Positions 8,134-14,648 of a stretch of DNA of 30,228 bases are shown piece by piece (position 1 is the first letter of the stretch; the number at the start of each line of letters is the position of its first letter). The position numbers and the translations under genes were made by a program. The notes beneath the pieces are model-generated. The model saw nothing but the letters and a program-made list of their open reading frames with translations, searched no databases and was not told the DNA's origin. Source of the stretch: Planctomycetota bacterium (GTDB taxonomy: Bacteria; Planctomycetota; Phycisphaerae; Phycisphaerales; SM1A02); NCBI GenBank assembly GCA_009926815.1, contig RFOC01000001.1:1-30228 (forward strand). Reading direction: 5' to 3'.

Positions 8134-9867
8134 GTGCTTCGTCGACTGCTCATCCTTCTGGTGATCCTGACGCCGCTGCAGGCGCTTGCCCAGAACGCGC
8201 TGGACGCCAACCTGCACGCGAACGAGGGCCGTGCGAATCCGACCGCGACCCGCGAGGACTACCGGTCGCGGAACCTTGTGGTGACCGGCGACGTGGCCGG
8301 AGGCCGTGGCTTCCGGGGCAACGTGGGGTACACGGCCGAGGGCGACTTCCGGGGTTCCACCGGCGGTGACTCCAGCATGCAGTTTCGCCGCGACAGCGCA
8401 CTGAGCAGCGCCAACCTGGCGCGGACCCAGAGTGCGGGCGACACCTTCAGCATGATGCGCGACAGCGGCGCCATGGAGTATCGCCGAGACTTCGCCGGTG
8501 CCAGCCAGCGAGGCGCGGCGGGCGCCGCCCCCGCGGCCTCGACTCGACACCGACTGGACCAGGAGTCGAACCGTCTGGCCACCGAACGACTGCTCACCAT
8601 GGACACGGTCAGCAGTCCGATGGCCCGGTACCAGACGCGAACCGGCGACACCGGCACGCTCACCGCGAGCACGGTCCGGGGCATCAAGCGGGAGAGCGAT
8701 GGCACCCGTCGAGGCAGTGATCGCCTGAACCTCTATGAGGCGGCGCGGCTGCAGGACGACCTTCGTCGCGGCCTGCTCCGCATGGATCGTGCCACGGAAA
8801 GGTCCCTCTCGCCGTTCACGGTGGCCAAGTTGAAGACGGAGGGCGCCAGGATCGGCGGCAAGGATCCGCGGCTCATGAGCGAGACGGAACTGGCCATCGC
8901 CCGCATGAACACGGGCGGCTCGACCTACGACGGGATGGTTCGGAAGATCCAGCGGAACTGGCAGCAGCGGCCCCAGACGGCCCGACCCAAGCCGCCGACC
9001 ACGAAGCCGGCGGAGACGGATGGGGCCCCGAAGACGGCGGAGCCATCCGGAAGCGGCGAGGGCTCGGCGGAGTCGACCACCGACGATGGCCTGGGCACCG
9101 CCTACGAGGCGCTTCGGCGGCGGCTGGATCGCGAGCCGGCCTCCAGCGAGGACGCGAAGGATGCACCCGCCAGTGCCGGTCCGGAGATGACGGCCGAGGA
9201 GTACGCCCTTGTCCTGCGGCATGGCACCCGTCTCGATGCCTTCGGCGAGGGCGGTCAGGATCGTCTGGACGAGCTGCTGGCCGAGGGCCAGCGGGCCATG
9301 CGCGAGGGCAACAACTTCATCGCGGAGAAGCGGTTCGAGGTCGCGTTGCTGCTGAAGCCCGATGATCCGAGAGCCACGGCGGGTCTGCTGCACTGCCAGA
9401 TCGGAGCCAACCTTCCGGGCTCCGCCTCCATCACGCTTCGGAAGCTCTTCACGCAGAGCCCGGAGATGATGGACGTGACCTACGCCCCCGAGGCCCTGCC
9501 GCAGGTCCCGCGACTGAACAAGGCTCTTGAAGGGGCTCGAACACGCATGGCCTCGAACCGCGACTCGGCGGACTACGGCCTTCTGGTCGCCTACATCGGC
9601 CGGCTCCTGGGTGACCGTGCCGTGATCCAGGAGGGCCTGGCCAAGCTCACGGGAACGCCCAGCGATGACACGCTGGCGGCGCTGCTTCGCAAGCTCTGGA
9701 TCGATGCCCCGCCGGTGCTCGCCGATGAACCGACCCAGGAGGCGCCCGAGGCCCCGAAGCCCGCCGAGTCGGTTGCACCCCAGAACAAGCCCGCCGAGAC
9801 GAGGACCGAGGAGCCGACGGCACCCACCGGGGCCGCGGAACCCGAGCGACCGACGACCACGCCCTGA
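8134..9867 (+). CDS. Secreted hypothetical protein with C-terminal TPR-like helices and Pro/Glu/Thr-rich linkers
   Basis: Signal peptide MLRRLLILLVILTPLQALA. TPR-like segment ELLAEGQRAMREGNNFIAEKRFEVALLLKPDDP. Low-complexity KPAE/EEPT tails. Confidence 0.75.
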   Translation: MLRRLLILLVILTPLQALAQNALDANLHANEGRANPTATREDYRSRNLVVTGDVAGGRGFRGNVGYTAEGDFRGSTGGDSSMQFRRDSALSSANLARTQSAGDTFSMMRDSGAMEYRRDFAGASQRGAAGAAPAASTRHRLDQESNRLATERLLTMDTVSSPMARYQTRTGDTGTLTASTVRGIKRESDGTRRGSDRLNLYEAARLQDDLRRGLLRMDRATERSLSPFTVAKLKTEGARIGGKDPRLMSETELAIARMNTGGSTYDGMVRKIQRNWQQRPQTARPKPPTTKPAETDGAPKTAEPSGSGEGSAESTTDDGLGTAYEALRRRLDREPASSEDAKDAPASAGPEMTAEEYALVLRHGTRLDAFGEGGQDRLDELLAEGQRAMREGNNFIAEKRFEVALLLKPDDPRATAGLLHCQIGANLPGSASITLRKLFTQSPEMMDVTYAPEALPQVPRLNKALEGARTRMASNRDSADYGLLVAYIGRLLGDRAVIQEGLAKLTGTPSDDTLAALLRKLWIDAPPVLADEPTQEAPEAPKPAESVAPQNKPAETRTEEPTAPTGAAEPERPTTTP

Positions 9868-9874
9868 GGGGGGC

Positions 9875-10783
9875 TCACCGCAGGCTTGCGGTGCTCTTCA
9901 AGCCCAGATTGCGGAAGATCTGCTGCGTCGCATCGCCGCGGTTGAGCGTGTAGAAGTGGATGCCGCGCACGCCACGATCGAGCAGCTCAAGGCACTGTTC
10001 CGTCGCCCAGTGGATGCCCACGCGTTCGACGGACTCGACGTCGTCCCGACACCGCTGCAGGGCCCGCATGAGCTTGGCGGGAATGTGGGTGCAGGCGGCC
10101 AGATCCGCCATGCGGTGCAGGTTGGCCACGCTGAGCACCGGCATGATGCCGGCGATCACGGGCACCCGGATCCCGACCAGCTCGCACCGCTCCCGCCAGT
10201 CCATGAAGGACCGGTTGTCGAAGAAGAGCTGGGTGCAGATCCAGTCGGCTCCGGCGTCCACCTTGGCCTTCAGGTGGTCCATGAGTCGGAGGGTGTTGGG
10301 TGTCTCCGGGTGCCCCTCCGGAAAGCCGGCCACGCCGATGCCAAAGCCACGTGGATCCGGATGCGCGCCGCTGGCGTTGAATTCCCGGATGAAGCGGACG
10401 AGGTCCGCCGCGTGGGGGAAATCGCCCTGGCCCACGGCTGAACCGTCCCGTGGCGGATCTCCCCGGAGCGCGAGGATGTTCGAGACGCCCTCGGCGGCGT
10501 ATCGCTCCAGGATGGCCTGGATCTCCGCTCGGGTGTGGCCCACGCAGGTCAGGTGGGGCACGGGATCCAGCGAGGTCTCCCGCTTCAGCCGGAGCACCAG
10601 TTCGTTGGTCCGCTGCCGCGTGCTGCCGCCGGCGCCGTAGGTGACGCTGACGAAGCTGGGGGCCAGGGGCTCGAGGTCCCGGATGGCCCGGAAGAGCTGC
10701 TCCCAGCCCGACTCCTTCGCGGGCGGAAAGAACTCGAAACTGGCGGTTCGGGCATCCCGTGCCAGGATGTCGAGCATGTGCAT
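9875..10783 (-). CDS. metF: 5,10-methylenetetrahydrofolate reductase
   Basis: SFEFFPP, FVSVTYGAGGS, VPHLTC, ILALRGDPP, VAGFPEGHPE, KVDAGAD...TQLFFDN, HFYTLN. Confidence 0.97.
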   Translation of the reverse strand: MHMLDILARDARTASFEFFPPAKESGWEQLFRAIRDLEPLAPSFVSVTYGAGGSTRQRTNELVLRLKRETSLDPVPHLTCVGHTRAEIQAILERYAAEGVSNILALRGDPPRDGSAVGQGDFPHAADLVRFIREFNASGAHPDPRGFGIGVAGFPEGHPETPNTLRLMDHLKAKVDAGADWICTQLFFDNRSFMDWRERCELVGIRVPVIAGIMPVLSVANLHRMADLAACTHIPAKLMRALQRCRDDVESVERVGIHWATEQCLELLDRGVRGIHFYTLNRGDATQQIFRNLGLKSTASLR

Positions 10784-10786
10784 CGG

Positions 10787-10795
10787 TACAGTCTA
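10787..10795. promoter_or_regulatory. Overlapping divergent -10 hexamers for metF and rex
   Basis: Minus-strand TAGACT (10790-10795) is 6 nt before the metF ATG. Plus-strand TACAGT (10787-10792) lies upstream of GGAG (10802-10805) and the rex ATG 10811. Confidence 0.5.
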
Positions 10796-10810
10796 GGGAA
10801 CGGAGAACGC

Positions 10811-11479
10811 ATGTCCGAACGGGCGAGGATCCCCAAGCCAGCGGCTCGAAGGCTCAGCCTCTACCTGAGGATGGTCCAGGACCGCATCGAGCAGGATGGA
10901 GCCGCGGATCGAGTCAGCAGTCGGGAACTGGGCGAGGTGGCCGGGGTGGCGGATGCCCAGGTGCGCAAGGATCTGGCCAGTTTCGGGGCGGGGGGCCAGC
11001 CCGGCGTGGGCTATCGCCTTCACGATCTTCACCGCGGACTGCGTCAGGCGCTGGGACTGCAACAGCCCTGGCGAGCTGTGCTGGTCGGGGCAGGCAACAT
11101 CGGTCGGGCGCTTCTGGCCTATCCCCGGTTCGCGCAGGAGGGCTTCGAGATCGTCGCGGTGCTGGACCGTGGCGGTGGCGTGGTGGGCCGAAGGATCGCG
11201 GGTCATGTGGTGCAGTCCATGGCCAACCTGTCGGAGGTGATCCGAAGGTCCGGCGCTCAACTGGGGGTGATCGCCGTGCCTCCGGATGAGGCCCAGGCCG
11301 TGGCCGAGGCCCTGGTGGAGGCGGGCATCCGGGGCGTGCTGAATTTCGCGCCGCGTGCCCTTCGCCTGCCCAAGTCCGTGCCCGTGGTGGCCGTGGATTT
11401 CACCGAGGCCCTGGAGCGACTGGCGTTCGAGGTGACCGCCTCCCGCCCGGGTTCCGGGCGAAGCCGGTCCGGCGGCTGA
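10811..11479 (+). CDS. rex: Redox-sensing transcriptional repressor Rex
   Basis: IPKPAARRLSLYLR, VSSRELG, QVRKDLASFG..G..GVGY, Rossmann motif LVGAGNIGRAL, GVLNFAP. Confidence 0.95.
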   Translation: MSERARIPKPAARRLSLYLRMVQDRIEQDGAADRVSSRELGEVAGVADAQVRKDLASFGAGGQPGVGYRLHDLHRGLRQALGLQQPWRAVLVGAGNIGRALLAYPRFAQEGFEIVAVLDRGGGVVGRRIAGHVVQSMANLSEVIRRSGAQLGVIAVPPDEAQAVAEALVEAGIRGVLNFAPRALRLPKSVPVVAVDFTEALERLAFEVTASRPGSGRSRSGG

Positions 11480-11501
11480 TCGGAGGGGTGGGGGCCTGCC
11501 T

Positions 11502-11507
11502 TATCAT
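11502..11507 (+). promoter_or_regulatory. Putative -10 hexamer TATCAT
   Basis: 9 nt before GTG 11517. Confidence 0.45.
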
Positions 11508-11516
11508 GGCCGAATC

Positions 11517-11759
11517 GTGCCCGTGACCTCTTTCTGGACGACCCATCGGATCCGCAGCACCCACTGGATGTGGCTCCTGGCCATGGCTGCACTGCCCATG
11601 GTGGTGGGCTGCCACAAGGTGCTCTTTCCGCAGAACGAGCCGCGCACGCAGTACCAGAAGACCGACACGCTCCGCGACAAGTTCACGCCACTGCAGGAGC
11701 CCGACGTGTTCGGCAATCCCAAGCCCGCGCTTCGGGCGCGGCTCGCTCCGCCCGATTGA
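11517..11759 (+). CDS. Small hypothetical lipoprotein (start uncertain: 11517, 11523 or 11568)
   Basis: Hydrophobic stretch WMWLLAMAALPMVVGC with lipobox-like VVGC. Polar tail LFPQNEPRTQY...DVFGNPKPALRARL. Occupies the gap between rex and the amidase gene. Confidence 0.65.
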   Translation: MPVTSFWTTHRIRSTHWMWLLAMAALPMVVGCHKVLFPQNEPRTQYQKTDTLRDKFTPLQEPDVFGNPKPALRARLAPPD

Positions 11760-11825
11760 TTTTGTCCGCACATTCGCCCAAGTGCGGCCAAGGTCGCATC
11801 CGATAGATCCGCCAACGAGACACGC

Positions 11826-12542
11826 ATGAGCAGGAAGCTCCCCATCCTCAGGCCCATCCGAGCAGCAGGCTCGGTGTCGCGCCGGACTCGGGTGGTGTGG
11901 GGCGCCTTCGCGGCAGCCATGACACTGGCCTGCGGCGTGCTGGTGCTGGGTGATGCCGAAGGTCCAAGGCCCGTGGTCATGGCGGTTCCGGAACTGGAAT
12001 CCCGGACGGATCTGGGTGTGAACCCCCGGGAAGCGCGTCTGAATCGTGATCGCTGGGATGCCATCGTGATCCACCACTCGGGAGCCCCCGCGGGTGACGG
12101 GGCCTCGATCGCCCGCATGCACGCCGAGCAGGGGCTGGTCGGACTGGGCTACCACTTCGTCATCGGCAATGGGCAGGGCCTGGGCGACGGCACGATCGAG
12201 GTCGGTACCCGCTGGAATCGCCAGCAGCCCGGGGCCCATGTCGCGTCCCGTCCAGGGGTGCCTGACGCCGCTCGAATCGCGGACTCGTCCGCCGCGAACT
12301 TGTCCGCGGATCACCTGAACGAACATGCCGTCGCGATCTGCCTGGTGGGCAATGGCGACCGTCGCCGCTTCACGGATCGCCAGATCCGGGAACTCGCGTC
12401 GCTGGTTCGCCGGCTTCAGCGTGAGTTGGGCATTCCCGCGGGCCGCGTCTACCTGCACAGTGACGTGGCTCCCGTCAGCAGTCCCGGGGCCCATTTCCCC
12501 GCAGCCGAATTCGAGGGACAGCTTCTTCAATCCTCGGGTTGA
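11826..12542 (+). CDS. Membrane-anchored Amidase_2/PGRP-family protein, probably non-catalytic
   Basis: TM helix VVWGAFAAAMTLACGVLVLG. Motifs AIVIHHS, LGYHFVIGNG, AICLVGN, YLHSDV and SSPG (Ser where a Cys/Asp Zn ligand is expected). Confidence 0.85.
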   Translation: MSRKLPILRPIRAAGSVSRRTRVVWGAFAAAMTLACGVLVLGDAEGPRPVVMAVPELESRTDLGVNPREARLNRDRWDAIVIHHSGAPAGDGASIARMHAEQGLVGLGYHFVIGNGQGLGDGTIEVGTRWNRQQPGAHVASRPGVPDAARIADSSAANLSADHLNEHAVAICLVGNGDRRRFTDRQIRELASLVRRLQRELGIPAGRVYLHSDVAPVSSPGAHFPAAEFEGQLLQSSG

Positions 12543-12679
12543 CCGTGCGTTGCGGGGCCTCGGGGGTTGGGCTACATTCGGGGAACGGCCTCTGCATTGC
12601 GCAGTCGTCGTGGGGCTGAGGACCGTCTTGCCGCGGTCCTGAGGCTCTGTGGCCACCTCCGGAGCGTTTCCGGAATGCC

Positions 12680-13564
12680 ATGGAAAGGTTCGGCAGCAGC
12701 AGGTTCATGAGCGTTCCCCAGGAGATCTTCGGCTACCCGGTCGTCGCCAAGCTGGGCACGGGTGCGGCCAGCGAGCTGTACGCGGTCCAGGATCCCAGGA
12801 CCAAGCAGGTCTGGGCGCTCAAGCATGTCATCCGACGGACGGAGAAGGATGACCGCTTCATCGCCCAGGTGGAGATCGAGCACGAGGTCGGCAGCAAGCT
12901 CGACCATCCGAACATGCGGCGCGTGGGCAAGATCCACCGCATCCGCAAGCTCTTCACGACCACCGAGATCGGGCTCTGCCTGCACCTGATCGATGCCGAC
13001 GCCATGGACAACCGGCGGCCCGAGACGCTGATCGAGGCCGTGGAGCAGTTCGCCCAGATCGCCCGGGGCTTGGGCCACATGCACTCCAAGGGCTATGTCC
13101 ACGCGGACATGAAGCCGATCAACGTCATGGTGCTCGAGGATCGCTCGATCCAGATCATCGACCTGGGTCAGGCCTGCAAGATCGGTTCGCGGAAGGAACG
13201 CATCCAGGGCACCCCCGGCTACATCGCCCCCGAGCAGGCTGCGCTGGAGAAGATCACGGCGGCCACCGACGTCTACAACCTGGGGGCCACCATGTACTTC
13301 ATGCTGGTGGGCGAGGTGATTCCCACGGTGCTCCCGCCCGGTTCCTCCAAGCCGATCGCCGCTTCGCTGCTCCGCATGCCGCAGGCACCGCACGAGCGCA
13401 AGCCGATGATCCCCGCCCGCCTGGGCCGGCTCATCATGAACTGCATCCGCGTGAAGCCGGAGGATCGCGTGGCGTCCATGGATGTGGTGGCAGCCGAACT
13501 TGACCAGATCGCGTCGGAACTCCGGGGCCCCGTCGCGGTTGCCGGCAACCGACCGGGCAAGTGA
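12680..13564 (+). CDS. Soluble Hanks-type Ser/Thr protein kinase (alternative start 12707)
   Basis: LGTGAASELY, WALKHV, HADMKPIN (non-RD), IIDLG, GTPGYIAPEQ, TDVYNLG, C..KPEDR. No TM segment or sensor domain. Confidence 0.92.
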   Translation: MERFGSSRFMSVPQEIFGYPVVAKLGTGAASELYAVQDPRTKQVWALKHVIRRTEKDDRFIAQVEIEHEVGSKLDHPNMRRVGKIHRIRKLFTTTEIGLCLHLIDADAMDNRRPETLIEAVEQFAQIARGLGHMHSKGYVHADMKPINVMVLEDRSIQIIDLGQACKIGSRKERIQGTPGYIAPEQAALEKITAATDVYNLGATMYFMLVGEVIPTVLPPGSSKPIAASLLRMPQAPHERKPMIPARLGRLIMNCIRVKPEDRVASMDVVAAELDQIASELRGPVAVAGNRPGK

Positions 13565-14034
13565 TGGAGCCGTCCGCCCCGTCGGAGAAGTGGGACCGTC
13601 GCTTCCTGCAGCTGGCGGATCAGATCGCCCTGTGGAGCAAGGATCCGAGCCGGGGCGTGGGGGCGGTGATCGTGTCGGATTCGCGGCAGATCGTGGCCAC
13701 CGGCTTCAATGGCCTGCCGCGCGGTTTCGCCGATCTTCCGGAGCGGCTGCAGCGGCCGGTGAAGTACGACCTGGTGGTGCATGCCGAGCTGAACGCGATC
13801 GTGCAGTGCGCACGCAATGGCGTCAGCCCGATCGGCTGCACCGTGTACACCAGCTTCGCGCCGTGCGTGCACTGCTCGCTGGCCATCATCCAGGCGGGCG
13901 TGATCCGCGTGGTCACGTGGGAGCCTGACCTGGTCGGCGGTGATGCCCACTGGCTGGAGAGCATCGAGAAGTCCCGACTGGTGCTTGGCGAGGTGGGCGT
14001 GCGGCTGGACCACCTCCGACGACTGCCGGCATGA
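13564..14034 (+). CDS. dCMP deaminase (ComEB/Dcd family)
   Basis: WDRRFL, SKDPS..VGAVIV, TGFNGLPRG, HAELNAI and PCVHC Zn motifs. ATG overlaps the kinase stop (TGATG). Confidence 0.92.
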   Translation: MEPSAPSEKWDRRFLQLADQIALWSKDPSRGVGAVIVSDSRQIVATGFNGLPRGFADLPERLQRPVKYDLVVHAELNAIVQCARNGVSPIGCTVYTSFAPCVHCSLAIIQAGVIRVVTWEPDLVGGDAHWLESIEKSRLVLGEVGVRLDHLRRLPA

Positions 14035-14648
14035 GCGGCCCGTGCGGTGGCGTCCGGTTCACGGTGCGCCGCCGGTCCGAGGCCATGCGCGATGCGGTGG
14101 ATTTCCTGGCGGAGCGATATGGCCTGGACCCGGCCGGGCGTTCGGCGCTGGCCGCGGTGCCGGTGCGGTGGCGTCGCGGAGGTCGCACGAGCACGTTCCT
14201 GGCGCCGCGGGACGGGAGCCCGGGCCGCATCACGGTCACCCTGCCTCGGGGAAGCCGTGGCCGATGGCACGTCTATCGACGAGTGCGCGCCGGCCTGGTC
14301 ACGCCGCGATCCGGGATCGAGATGGACCTGCACCTGCTGGCTCGACTGGTCCTGGTGCACGAACTGACGCACGCCATCCAGCATGGCACCTGCGGTGGTC
14401 CGAGGCGGCGCTACTCGGAGGTGGAGACGACCCGCAACGAGATCGAGTTCCTGCTGCGCGCAAGGCCCGAGGCCCACGCGAGGCTGGTGCCCGTGAAGGC
14501 CCCGGTTCACGAGTCGATCGAGCGGAGCCGGCTCGTCTTCCGCCCCCTCGTGAGGCTGCTGGACTGGCTGCTGGATCGGGGGACTACATCCGCTCGGGCG
14601 CGTCGATCCCCAGCAGGCCGAGGCCCTCGGCGAGCACTCGCCGGGTGA
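14031..14648 (+). CDS. Hypothetical protein with HExxH zinc-metallopeptidase motif
   Basis: LVLVHELTHAIQH followed about 12 residues later by YSEVET. ATGA overlap with the deaminase stop. The 3' end overlaps the argS 3' end by 65 nt. Confidence 0.6.
   Translation: MSGPCGGVRFTVRRRSEAMRDAVDFLAERYGLDPAGRSALAAVPVRWRRGGRTSTFLAPRDGSPGRITVTLPRGSRGRWHVYRRVRAGLVTPRSGIEMDLHLLARLVLVHELTHAIQHGTCGGPRRRYSEVETTRNEIEFLLRARPEAHARLVPVKAPVHESIERSRLVFRPLVRLLDWLLDRGTTSARARRSPAGRGPRRALAG

Noticed and set aside
9000-9860. Repeated aagcc(c/g)gc(c/g)gag segments encoding KPAE
   Set aside because: These are low-complexity protein linker repeats, not a DNA repeat array.
10784-10810. Rex operator between metF and rex
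   Set aside because: No TTGTGAA-N4-TTCACAA-like palindrome is present.
12612-12650. GGGGCTGAG resembling the TPP riboswitch CUGAGA motif
   Set aside because: It lacks ACCC, TGAACCTGA and GCG.AGG, and the downstream gene is unrelated to thiamine.
13564-14034. Calling the deaminase a dedicated antiphage dCTP deaminase
   Set aside because: It is a short single-domain protein with ordinary ComEB/Dcd motifs and no fused kinase-like or P-loop domain. It is kept only as part of a speculative module.
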